Source: Fimbriosthenelais zetlandica (lineage: Eukaryota). Taken from it: a stretch of 64,000 bases of DNA. How positions within the stretch are numbered: position 1 is the first letter of the stretch; every line of letters begins with the position of its first letter. Below are positions 1 through 13,400 of this stretch, piece by piece. Location of the stretch: contig OZ365114.1 of NCBI GenBank assembly GCA_977030845.1, forward strand, positions 20,460,001-20,524,000, written 5' to 3'. A model generated the notes under the pieces. It ran no database searches. It worked only from the letters and a program-made list of their open reading frames with translations, and was not told where the DNA came from. Position numbers and translations under genes: made by a program.

Positions 1-547
1 TCACTTTCCTTCTTCAAAGGTTTTTAAATTCATTTATCACTTATCATTAGAAGGAAGAAAGCTTTGATGCCATGGATGCATCTAAGTGGATTTAAGTTCT
101 GACCTTTGGCTAATATAGCCATACTTTGTGGGCTTTGAACCTTTGTACAATCAGCCCTGATGGTTTATATTCTGACCAGTCCGTACTGACGGCGGAAAAA
201 ACCGTGCATGGTCTTGTATGAGACAGCCGTTTGTCTGTGGTCAAAGCCCTCGCCCAGACACTTAGAATGCATTACTCAGTCCACTATACAGACCCACAAG
301 CCAACTCTGTTTACAGTAGTCCCCAGAGACGACGCGTCGACTGATTGGTGATGGTTTGTGAGGAAAGAAATGGTTTGTGACATGGCCATCCTTCATGAGG
401 AGGTTACATATACACTAACATACACAAATATAGGACAAGATGAATCATGCTGACCAAGAGATTATTGCGAGATCTTTCAGTCAAAAAAGATTATAGAGTG
501 TTTCGTATGAATAAGTAAAATAGTAAAATAAGGAAAATTCTAATTAC

Positions 548-1478
548 ATTTTCCGGGAATGAGGTCTATATTAATTTCTTCTTCAGGTGGCTTCTCCTTC
601 TCTTTGGGCTTCTCTCTCTGGACGGTAGTCGTGGTGTTTTGTGTATCATTTTTTGCAGTTTTCACAGTGGTGCTTTTCTGACTGGCAGTGCTAGAACTAG
701 CCACTACTGTCTTCTCAACAATCTTGTCGGAAACGGTGGAAGTGGTTGTGGTGGAGGTGGTGGAAGAACTAGTGGGAGGTTTGGTTGGGGAAACTTTGTC
801 TTGGTGTTCAGTTTTGGAGGTGGTTGAGGAGGCCTGTTTCTTCCCAGATGTTTCACTGTCCATCTCAGGATTACCAACATCAGTCGTGTGACCATTGCAT
901 TCTTGATTCTCAATACTTTTCTTATCTGTTATAGCAGTGGTTTTCTCTTCTGGGGCGGGAGATGTTTTGGACCCGTCAGTTTGGGCCTCTTCACCATTCT
1001 GATCTTCCTTATCTCTTTCGTCATCTCCTCCTTCCACCTCCTCCTCCTCAGTCTTAGCTTCCTCCTCCGGCTCCAACTTCTGGTGGAGATCAGAAGGTGG
1101 TCCATCTTCACCATTAGTCTCCCCAGCGTCTTCTTTATTGGTCACTGGAGGCTGGGAAGCAGGCATCTTGGACGTGTCATCTGTTGGATTCTCATCGCTC
1201 AGTTCTTGAGCATGATCCTCCTCCTCCTCTGGACAATCCACTGACTTCCTATCGCTTTCAGGATTGACCTTTTCCTCACTGCCACCATTGGATCTGTGCG
1301 ATCCACCACCACCCTCCTGATGACCACTGGTCTCTTGACCACTGGGGTCAGACTGCCTATTGTTGTGTGAATTAGGTGTGGTGTCTACAGCCTCAGCTGA
1401 ACTGGCCGAGTCTGACTCACCCACCGCCTCTGTCTGTCTGGCTTCCTCGCTACAACTGGGGGTTGTATCTAGTACCAT
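548..1478 (-). CDS. Large acidic/Thr-rich low-complexity exon (~310 aa); probable alternative N-terminal or cassette exon of the CLK gene
   Basis: Long open frame with E/D/S/T/K bias. ATG 1478 is in good context (AACATGG). There is an alternative phase-1 acceptor at 1469-70 and a weak phase-1 donor (AAAT|gtaatt) at 547; without splicing the frame stops at 540-542. Confidence 0.6.
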
Positions 1479-4400
1479 GTTGATCAGGATGGGGGAGGTG
1501 GGGGAGGTGGGCGGGGATATAAACCCACTGATCAACCACTCAGTTCTTCTTATACTCCTTCAATGCCTCCCCCTTCCTCTCCTCCGATCACAACCTCCAC
1601 CAACTTTGGGCATGTTAAATGATTTTGGCCATGCTCTGGGTGTTTGTTGTAATGGTGGTGGAAGTGATATACATTATCACAGGACCTAATCATCACAATA
1701 TGCCGCATCACATCTAGCAATATCACACACAAACTTCAAGTCAGATAGTGGAGGGAAGAGGGAGCCGGTGCGGGCTGGGTTGTACCAGCATTCTGCCGTC
1801 TCTCTTGGTTTGGTCGTAGTATTAAGATTACAGCTTACCACAGTCAAAGTGACTGGGGGCTTATTGACCCAGTGCTAGAAATGCTGGTGGCTACAGCAGC
1901 ATTATGTCTATAACGATCCTCCTTGATGAGCCGCTGTGCCTGGTTAACTTCCATTTTGGTAATACACATGTCCACCTAAAGCATCTTGATCATGATGAAG
2001 TGACTATAAGAAACCGACCCTGTATATTCAACAGTGTAAAATAGCTACAAGTCAATTGGTAATCCATGCTGGTGAATATCTGCATAGATGCGTAGCGTGG
2101 GTGAGAATGGAAGCCATCTGCCCTATGAGATGCTCCAGACATTCACCTATTTCATAGTACTGCTCACAAGCCACACTTGGTTGAGGAGTAAACCCTTGTG
2201 TCCGTGTTACCAGGCTGTGTTGCTAACGTAAGCATGTCATCTCATGCCGGCGCCTGTCTGTGCTCGGGGACAGATGTGGCTCAGAAATAACATTGATAAT
2301 CCAATGAGAGGTGATGGGGTGAGTGAGGGTGGAGATCATCCTGAGCACCAGACGGACGGAACCGGAGCTGGCCTGCCCCGCTCACTCAGGTTGCCGGTTG
2401 ACTGGTTGCAGTGTTCTGTGGATCAGTGAGGTATGCTCCTCAGCAGCTGGGGTTCAGCTTGTAACATCCAGCAGACGTGGATACAGCATCAGCAGCAGTA
2501 GCAGCTGCCTTGCTCTACTGCACCCTGTCTACAGCAGCTGGCAACCAGCAACTGAGTCAGCCGGTGTGAAGCATACAGATATAATGAAGTAGTGTCAGAC
2601 TCAGGATCTATCACCCACCACCCATCACAACCATGGATCACCACAACAAAGCTGACTGAAAAACACAGTGTCACACAGAGAGTACACCAGTCAGTGGATG
2701 GACCAGAGACAGGTATACTGCCTGCCCTGACTCAGTGCCAGCTGTCTCCACTAGAACCATGGTCACCCTCTCACCCACACAAGTAAAAGGACTCAGTGCT
2801 GCTGGCAGTGCTGGGGCCAGGACATTGGTCCCTTATGCTTCAAAAGCCAACAGATTCAATAATTGCTTGCAATCCTTCTTATGCAAAACCCTGTTTTGCA
2901 TAAATATGCAATGGGGATCCAGAGAGGGAGATATTATTTTGAAAGGCACGTTTCTGCTTTGATAAAGTGTTATTTTCCCCCAGGCAAATGGAGCAGATGT
3001 GACGGTCCTCAGTCACTTTCACCCACCATTAATCAGGGCCTTTCATGAGTAGCTCACTATTGGCAGTCACTCCCATCTGCAGAACTCAATATGAATTTAT
3101 TAGCAATAGCCTCGCATCAGCTTCCTACCTCCTCTCACTGCAGTAGCACGATTCTCTTCTATTTTTAGATATTCTTCACTACCAAAGGGCAGACTTCCAT
3201 AACATCCCCATCCAATCTCACACCAGACAACTGTAAAATGGCACGACCATGAAGAGCCTTAGCTCATATAATGAGATGAAATACCTCGTCACTTGGTTTA
3301 ATTTTCACCATCTATTTCATGTTATGGATCTAGATTAGGATGCTTGTAGGGGGATCCATCGACAGGATCCAGGGGTGCAATACCTTCTACCACCCTCACC
3401 CCTCATGTAGTCGATGGGTACCCATCCTGCTTGTACCAGTCTATCCCTACAGCAAATTCCTCCAGCAAGAGTTAAATCGATAAACCGCCATACATAAACC
3501 TGGTTGTACAACCGATACAACAAAGGAATATGATGTTTCCTTTCAATACAGAATCGACTGAATTCATAATAACTAATGATCCAGACAAAAAATCTATGAA
3601 ATCAATGCTATATTGACAGACTTACCCATTAACTCAAAGTCATTAGTGTCTGAAACATGAGGCAAATTGTTACACATGCCACAAGCTAACAGGACATATA
3701 TAATCATGGATATTGGTTCCTCTGTGAACGTTACTGTTAAATAAAGGATTCAAACATACGGTACCTTTTTTGCAGAAGGATAAAAAGAAATTCATTAAAC
3801 AATACGAAAGAAAATACAAGTTGAATGGAAAGGATGCAAAAAGATGAATGTCGACAAAGGTGATTGTACCAGTAAATAAGTCTCTCGACAGTTTGTTGGT
3901 TTGTTCATTCATTCACTCATTCATTTATCCATTATATCAGTCAGCAATACACATCATAAGCAAACATTTTACATTCATACACTCTCAAACCGATGTCAGA
4001 ATCATTCAGGACGAGGCACACTAACAGCAAATGCGCACCTACCCTATCCTATAGGCACACCTAAAAGGCAAATTTTACAAAAATAGTCAAAATGATACAT
4101 ATACACATACAAACATTCATCCACGATTCACTCATCCACTTCCCCTATCTGTCAATCACTCATCACTTATACCTTATCAAGCACTCATTATCATCATTCA
4201 GGATGATTTAGGTGAACCCTCCCCTCCCCAACCCGTCCCCACCTATAAAACATGCAGTACTACCACCCGGACCACCACCTCTATACATGATGGTACTGGT
4301 AAGAAGGCTTTCTCCTTCTCGCTCAACTAAGTGTTATTGATTTGGCTAGGTACCAACCAGCTCCAACAAAGAATCATTAACTTAGAGTCAGCAGTAGGAA

Positions 4401-7400
4401 GCTTTCAACTTAATGCTAGATGTATGAGAAAACAAGCTTATCTTATGCTTATATGTATGGAGAGGTTAGTGTGCTTGTGCTGAACGGGTGAGGTATTAGA
4501 GAGGGATGGGTAAATAACTTGAGACTTGGCTTTAAAACTTAAATAACACATACAATTCATTAAACACGATTTGAAATTTAAAATCTGGGATATCATGTAT
4601 ATATTTTTTGGAGTTACATAAGAAAAAACAGGGGAATTTTATCAAAATTAAAATCTGAAATGGTCAGGTGAAGCGATGGGCAATATAGAACTGTTGGGTG
4701 ATGGGGTAGTGATGCCACTGCTGCCCTCTAATGGGAAACCAACACACTAACGAGTTTTGAATGAATCAATGGTCATCTTTTGACAAACGAGTCTTGATGG
4801 GCAAGTATTTGTTATAAATTCATATGATTCTTTTAAAAATGTTTGCCTAAAATTTTCCCCATTCAATGCATCCGAAGACTGCCATTTGGCACCTAGATAA
4901 GCACCTCAAGCAGGATGTTTAATTCACGACTCTCTGATGCCTTAATTGCCGAGTCGTGTTCCCAGCACGGCGCTACTGATCATATCTTGTACTTTATTTT
5001 TAGACTACAATGATTAAAATGCAATGCCTGGCTCAGATCGGCCATTCTTCTTGCATATGTGATGCAAGGCCTACGGGTTGACAAATTAATTTCTCTTGGA
5101 AATTAATCCAATCACTTTGGTTAATAGGCATAAAAGGTGGCATAAAAATCTGACTTTCAGATCAGGTTTTCCAAATGGTTTTAGGAGTCCATGTTAAGAC
5201 TGAAACGCCAGTAATTTTTCATGAACTGGGAAAGAGGAAGCCCATGTAACAATCCCCGCCTTAAGAGGAAATGAGGGCTTTTCTTTAAGGTTCAGAGTTA
5301 CAATTATCAGGCGCTGAAACTTAATTTCACCAGGCATAATTCGCCCAGCACTTAGTTTTCTTTATATTTAATTTGATGGTACAAAATTATCCAGGTTCTT
5401 CAAAGATTGCACCTAATAACCGAAAGCCAGGGAAGATTTCAATTTGATGTTCCATTAAATAAAAATTTAAATCTTCAAAGACAAATTTTCAAAACAAGTT
5501 ATTTGCAGTAGTGGATCTTTGAAGTGCTAAAACAAAAGGTCTTTCTGGGGATTGCACTTTTATTGTCCGCGACTACCAATTGTAGTGTGAGGGTTTCACA
5601 CTAGGTGGAAGTAGTGACGTCAGAGCCATAAGAAAGGCCAAGTGGCAGCGAGTGCACTTTGCAGATGAAAGAGAGGGAACAATTTTAAACTTCAATGGTT
5701 GCTTCAATAATTTGCCATTTCCCAATCCCTCGGACCCCAAAATATTAAATTAATTAAATTTCACAAATTTTAAATCCGGAGAATATGAACAAATGGGTGG
5801 TAAGTATCATGGGAGTTAATGTTCAACACAAGGAAAAAATTATCTTTAAGATTCTGTGGGTAATTCAATGGAAGCTCTGCAGAAGGAAACTGCCCAGGAT
5901 AATATATGAAGGGTATTCAATAGAGGCACCAAGATAGAGGGCGAAATTCAAGGTGAATAAAGTTGATAAAACAACATACCTACATCATCACTGTGACACT
6001 GAAATACAAAAAAGCCTGAAGGGAAAGAGGGAGAAAGAGGGCACCTGGGAGAGACCAGGCAGGTCAGTAGTAGTACAAGCACCCCACCTCACAGGTGGTA
6101 TGTATAGGTTTTTGTGTTAGAGTGGCCACACTTGATTGGCTACCAAGAAGAGTAGCGAGTAAGTAGGAGTTAGGTGATGTTGGAGCTGATTGGTGGGTGA
6201 ACCTATATCATTCCTTCCCTGCTGAGGCAGCTACCAGCATCAGAGGTTACCAGAACACTCTCTTATCCAGAGTTAGTGGACATTAGACTCACCCAAGTAG
6301 AGCACGTAGAGCTGGAGCGGTGTCGGGATCGGTCGCGGTCGCGCCTGTGTCGGTGTCGTTTATTGTGTCGCCTGCCCCGTCGCCGATGGTGGCTCTGTTC
6401 GCGGGAGTATCGGTTGCTATGGTCGGAATCATAGTATCGGTCTCGGTGTGAGATGTAGAGGTCCCTGTCTGGAGTGTAGGCCCGCTGGTAGTTATCACCG
6501 TACGTGTAGTAGTCCCTGTGGTCCCTGTCATAACTGAAAAAACAAAAAAAAAACGTTTTGTTTAATAATACCTTCAGATAGATAGCAGACATTTCAATAG
6601 GTATACTGAAAATGAGAATATTAAACGAGGGTAAAGTATGCAAACAGATTATAGAATACCATCTTAATTGAATGACTATGCACATCATTTTTAATTAAGA
6701 TTTTCAGTGTATGGGAACAGGGGAGCAAGAGGGAGCTAGATTTTGCCATTAAGACAAGAAATGGTCCATGCTTTCTAGAGCCTTTGACAAGAAATACATT
6801 CACACCGTGAGCTAATTGGACCAGGTGCCCAGTAATCGATGTTCACGCCCCGACATGAAGGCACATTTTCAGAACCCTCAGAGGATCTCTGAAAAACAAG
6901 CTCCTTTCATTCTAGCAGCACTTCCATCAAGTGAGCAACTCAAACTGATATGGATGCCAGCAGCTGTCCACGGCGAAATACAAGGAAATGCTTTGATATA
7001 TATAAATAGAACAGAAGAAAAGTGGAAGAGCAAACAAACACGGCTGAACAAAGACGATGTATTAGTTTTTTAATCAACGAGGATTCTTTGTTTTTCCCAT
7101 CTGTCTTCATGAAAAGCAAGGCAGTGGATTTCTTCCAAGCGGCATAATTTACGAGACAAGAAATTCATTATAATTTAACTTTAGACAACTTTCTTTGTCC
7201 CTCTTGCTCCCATATTTCACAACCAAATAGCAATAGATAAATTAATGAGGCTCTTTTTGCTCAGTGATGGGAAACCACAAACGACAGTGTAGGTCAAGGA
7301 GAGGGGCGAACCTTGGAATAGCTTACACAGCCTTTAAAAACAAACAAAGCCCTGTAAGTAGAAATAAAAGCTGGCTTTGTTATCTGCCCCCTGTGTACTG

Positions 7401-10400
7401 AGTGTTGAGCAGCTCACCGTGCAGGCATTGTCAGTGAGCAGCAGACACCAGCTCCCATACTGCTGAGGGAAAGCGTTGTCCTGGAGACGGCAGGAACTCC
7501 TGGTACCTCCCCCTCCACCTCCTCCCGACCAAGGCACTCTCCAGCCACCATGTCTTCCCGGGGCGACACCGCTTTCTTCCTCTTGACGATAAAATTTCCT
7601 ATTTTAAGCGCTCTTTGGTTTCACGAAGGCAGAAATATCACAAACATGGGCAATCCCCATGCCATGTTGGACGCGGAGAGAAGTAGGTAAAAATAAAGTC
7701 CGTTCTATGCGCAGATGATGCAGTCAAGTTTATCACAGTGTCTGAGATCAATTTTTGTGCAGTATGTGATGAAGATGAATGGGGCCCCAAGCCCGTAGAC
7801 AGCCTAATATATTGAACCATTCTCGACAGGCAAACACAATGCTTAAGGTTAGATGGATATGAAGGCTCTGTGGGGGAGAGAGAGGAGGTCATCCACATAC
7901 ACTCATCAATCCTACAGTCACCTATTTGTTATATCTATCACGCATAAAAGTTCTGCCTATCAAAAGATTACTTATGATAAAAGCTTGGACGTAAAATGTA
8001 TGATAACCATTATGTCAAAACAGGAGTATAATATCCATGTATGTAGTTTAGATTTGGCAAACAGCGAGACAACTATCTGCGAAGTGGAAAGTGACAAGAC
8101 AATTTTAATTAAATTTTGAAGTAAAATGTATCCAACATAAAATCAGGTCAAATTTCAATGGACAGCATTGAATTATTTTTCAAATAAATCTTCTTTTCGG
8201 GGAATTTTGCCATAAAAGAGAAAAATATGGAGGAGCGAAGGGTATCAAGTTACATTGCACAGAATTTTAAGGGAAAGCAGAATGAGGCGCTCCTCGGTGT
8301 AGGCTGCTGCAGGCAGAGTATTTATGGCCTGGTTTCTACATGGCCCTTTTCTCAGCCACTGTATTATCACCCCATCCCTCACCTCCTCCCACCACATCCC
8401 CCCATTGTCCACCTGAGCTGGCCGGGGTCAAGGGTCGGGGTCACTCACATAAGGTCAGGTAATGGCCACTCCGGCCAGGTGAAGGTCAGAATTTCATTAG
8501 GCAGGAGAGAGAGGAGGCCAGAGGAAACGTGATTCAATATACATCTCACGGCTTGGGAACTGTTAGAGGTGCTCAAGGCAAAAAATGGTCACGTCCCGGG
8601 CAACGAGCGAGAGCGAGAGAGAAGGAACTCTGCATGTCCTCCCGTATTTTAACTGGGAGCTGGATTTGACATTTTTCACTTGGTAAAGTTTGTAGCAGAC
8701 TTTTTGGACCTCAAAGAAACTTCTCTATGATGCAGTTTACCATCATAACTACTAGGCTAACTGAGAACATTCTTGCATCTTTTACTTCCCTTTGTCCAGC
8801 CATGCTATAAAAGCTTCTTTAAAGTAATAGACATGAGATGGACCATGAAGCCAACCTCTCATGTTAAAGCTGGGCAGGTACTAGGTAGGCTGAAACCTTT
8901 TATCCCTTACTATTGAGCGAGCTTTTAAAGCCTAAGTGCACTAAACCCTGGTAGGGTGCAGTAAATCAAGGTGATGATCGCTAATATAGAAGACATGACC
9001 AATTCACCATACACGCAGCAAGGACCCATCTATTTCATACCCAACTGTTATCAGGTAAGATCCAGTGGGCAGAGGGTAAAAGCTAGAAGTAAGGAAAAGC
9101 TGATGGAAATAATGCAACAACGTAAGGCTTTATCTGGCCAACACATGTATGGTATTGTGCGTAGCAAATGTAAAGCGATGATCCATGATATAGGCGGGGT
9201 GACCCCATCCACTATAGGTGGACACCCTTATCATGTGTGATGCTGCCAGCTGAGGGGAAAATGAGGAGTGGGTTTTTGATGGATGGAGAGGCTCGCGGGT
9301 AGGCCTGCCATGCTACCTAATGAAGCTATAGACTGCATCCCTCATAGCTACATCATAAAGGTGGGCCAAGACGCAGGAGGAAGGCAAGAATCATGGGAGG
9401 GAAGACGGGAAGGTGGGGGAAGGAGAGATGGGGAGAAGAGTGATGGGAAGAGGGGCGGGATAAGATAGAGAGAGGGGACAGGAAGAGAGAATTGACAATG
9501 AGAAAAGGACATGGGGATTGCAGAATTCTGATCGATCAATGGATGCCATCATGGACCAAACAAGCTGGACCCACACAAATAAGAAATCAATCAGAAATGA
9601 TATAGGCGTAATAGGGAATCATTTAGCAGAATGTGAGATGGGAATGGGGTGTATTGAGCTATCATAGAAGGCCAGGAATCAAGAGTAAATGTTGCAAAAT
9701 GCCAATGGAGGGGTCCATCTATTGCTCCCACATGCACCAATGAATTGTCTTCCAACTGGGGCCGGTATTGAACTTGGTTCAGGCGAGTGGTACGGAACCA
9801 ATGATCTGATTGTATTGCTATTACTCGCTGTATACTTCAACCAAACACCACACTATACGGTTATATGCTTGATTTGTTAGATTATAGCCTCAATGTGACC
9901 GGGCCATCAGTGGTTTAGTCCTGCATATATAGGATAGCTAGCTGAGATCCATGTGCAGTGATTGGAAATTTCACAGAAACTTAGCATCACTGAATCGTAC
10001 TGATATGAATCAAACTAAAAGGGTCATTAAATGGACGGAAGGGGAATTGGGTTTTCAAGTATGAATACTGTCTATGAATGTGTATCGATGGTATGGAAAT
10101 GGAGATGGTATATCCCATGAACAGTAGCTGTATGAGGCATCATCCACCCTCACCCCCACCCGGCGTTATTTCCACCCCCATCCCCATTCCAACCCCCATG
10201 AGTACTCAAGTACTCTACAGGGGTACAGCTGGCACAAACCTATAATTGGTTCCAGTTCTCCATAGACCAAAACAATGATTGTTCCTACCACAATCATTCA
10301 GAGCGACCTACCAGATTGTAGGCCTATACTATAGCAGTAGTAGGAATCATGTACGGACTAACTTACCCTCTAGCCCTCCCTCCCCCATCCCCTGCCAAAT

Positions 10401-13400
10401 CCAATCACCCCACAAGATCCATCAGTCATTTGTCCATTAACTGACCTGAACTCTTCCAAGGAGGGCATTCACTCAGGTACATGCATGTAGCATACGCTAT
10501 TCTGAAATGATCAACATCTTGCTTTCAAAAAATCTTACCTTACTTTAAGATGGTAATATAATTCTATAAGGGGGAAGTATTTCCACAAAGAACCACCAGA
10601 AAACTGATATTTAATTTGGTAGGTTCACTTCACCCCGTTTAGTTTAGGTAAGTAAAGCATGCGTTCTAAGTGAGTCTGGGTAGCAGACCCTATATAGGGA
10701 AGAGTAATCAAGTAGTATATGAAAAGTGGCAACAACAAAGGCAGCAATCTTGGCCAGGCCCTCAAAGCCAGATCGTCCTTACGCTTTGTGTACCAGAAAA
10801 GAATTAAGAGGCACCGATCCTTGGAGATTTAAGATCAAAGAACTATCTCAGCTTTCCTTTCATACACCAACTCCCTGAGTCGTAATTATGAGTTAAAATA
10901 TCACAGTCTCATATACACATAGATGATTGATGGCATGAAATATCCAAAGGCTGGTAATTCACAATTTACTGGGTCCAGGGTAAAAATGTCCTGATTTTTA
11001 TCTGATCTTAAAGAAATTGTTTTTCTTGACTAGTAGGAACCCTGAATGTTAGATCATTTATATGGATAATCACCATATATGCATTGCCAAGTTTCTTAGG
11101 TGAAGCAATTAAAATGAATGATAGCCTACACGATTGACAATATGTACAATAAATAGAAACTGAGCAATGTCATGTTTTTTTTATCGTCAAATGATTTAAA
11201 CGTAAGGGAAAACACCCAAGGGTATCTCTCTCTGTTTGTTTTTTGCTCTCTTCAAGTTGACTTCAATATGAGTAGATATACTGGTACATGACAAAGCAGG
11301 CCTTAATTGGGTATAATCATTAATGGTAGTCATGGCAACATGTGACTATGGAAAGCCATCAATCATGAGCCTCGGCACTGGCTGGCTGTGTTATCCGCTG
11401 GCATAGTTTAGACAGAATGCATTATAGATGATGGTCGTACGATAGACTGCCCGTACCCGAGCCCCCTACACAGATAATATTGTAGCCTGGATCAGTTGCC
11501 ATGGAAGGCTAAATGTTGACAGTTTGAGTCAGGCCACTACTGCTCCCTAATGGTTTGCAATTACAGGAGCATTAAATTCACGAGGGGAGCAACAGGGGCG
11601 TTCTAAAAAAGGAGAGGGATCTGAGAGGAAAAAATGCCAACATCATGCATTTTAAAGGCCTTGAATTTCTGGTAGGAAATCATCAAACGGTAACTCAATT
11701 CTCCCGAGTAAAATGACCTTAAGAGCGACCTTCAAAACTCGCGACTTGGGGCATTTGATTTATAAAAAAAATGCAGGCCTTAAAACAGGCAATGACATTG
11801 GCAATTGGCAAAGACACACAATGCTGCCACTTGTTGCTTAGTTCATTTGTCAGCAGGGATATTTTTGATTATGACATAGGTACCACTCAGACAGAAGGAA
11901 GGCTGACATTTTTGGGGCCGAAATGAGACTTTGGCCTTTTCTCCCCGAACATTCAAACAGCAGACGACATTTCCTCAATGTCTGTGATGATAGAAGAAGA
12001 AAAGATGTCACTGTGCAATCAGTTTGTGATTAGAGCATCCAGACGTCCCCTCAGCCTCATACGACGGGAAGGTTAGCAAGACATGCCAAGCACCATCAAT
12101 TGCCATTTTTAACAATCTATTTAATTAAAATAGACTTTCTTCTAAGCTTTATCTGTGCACACACAGGTATCTTTTTCAGAGTTATTTCTGTTAATGAATG
12201 TGATTTTTGGGAGCAATATTACTCAGGGTAATCTAGAGTATACTCTGTACCATCATGTGAATTCAGAAGGCTCTTCTTACTAAAAACATGGGTAATTTTA
12301 ATGCATCATTCTGAAGTGAAGCTGGCATTGAATATACCCGGAGATACTCAGCCCTAACTAACACGTGTACTGGTACCAACCTTGGTCAACTGTATCTAAT
12401 GTGTGCATACGACAAACACAAACCATTTACTCAAGGCATAGAAAACATTTGTAGCAGCACTATAGAGACACTAGATAGAGTACAATGGTTTTGGTCCATG
12501 TGTAAAAAGAGGAAGCAAGCTAAAGGCTTGGAGGGGGTATACTCTAATTGAGTGATCTAAGACCGATGTATTAATACTCTTTTTCTGCTCTCGGTGACAA
12601 GTCTCTTTCATCAAGATTGGAGTTGGCCCCAAGTCGTCCAGAGCATGGTGGGGCTCCGGGTAAAAAGGTTAATATTTACTCACAGGGGAGGATCATAGGA
12701 GCGCGCGGCTGATCAAGGCCAGCGTGTGATCGATGTTTTTACACAGACCCAGGGATCAAAATGCATTTAAGCAACAGAGATGGTGAAACAATCCCTACTG
12801 AACACACAGATCACTCACTAAACACTGATACAAGTAAACACAGTTGCAATGTTTGGCCTTCCACAGTGCTTCTGCTCAGGTTGTATCTACTCGTGTCTTT
12901 GGGAGCAGCTCAGAAAGGGCCTTGTACTTAATGCCCTTTGCCATCACAGCCTAATGCCATAACCCGCTGGAAAAAAACCCAATATGATTAGCAGCCGGCC
13001 GTCAAATCCCGCCCGAGGCCATCTGAAAGCTCTTGATAAATGCCCTTTATAGGGCCTTGATGTGGGTCCCGCACAGGGGGTGCTCTAGTGCTAAGCGTAT
13101 ATAAAGCAAAGAGCAGCTAAAACGTGCTCCGCTGAAATACCCGTTCAACAGAAGTACAGCATCAGCTAGGTATTGCTTATTCAACCATGAGACCGTCCAA
13201 GGGACAAGTCCAGCCAGACATAAAGCCCAACCTCTGAGATAAAAACATCTGATAACAAATTGATAAGGCAGAACTTTATCATACTATTGGATTCAGTGGA
13301 AGCTTCTAGGATTGAATGCCAACCCAATACATGTATAGTGCGCTGTATATGTGGGTTTCTGATATCATTTAGTTCATAGAATTTAAATGAGAAAGAGGGG

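Noticed and set aside
639-1689. Several + strand ORFs (639, 688, 888, 1360) with Leu/Val/Ser-rich translations
   Set aside because: Antisense shadows of the acidic minus-strand exon.
2244-3200. GC-elevated block with short ORFs on both strands
   Set aside because: All frames hit stops and I found no paired splice sites or recognisable motif; it may be UTR or regulatory sequence but I cannot support a feature.
4141-4200. Minus-strand ATGATGA resembling a C/D snoRNA box C
   Set aside because: No box D (CTGA) at a suitable distance; it lies in a TCAT/TCAC low-complexity tract.
10140-10410. C-rich tracts able to form G-quadruplexes on the CLK sense strand (similar tracts near 1491, 9390 and 31405)
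   Set aside because: Such tracts are common and nothing here shows function.
13090-13175. TATATAAAG followed by a possible + strand donor inside CLK intron 2
   Set aside because: A single short motif with a weak donor is not enough to call an antisense transcript.
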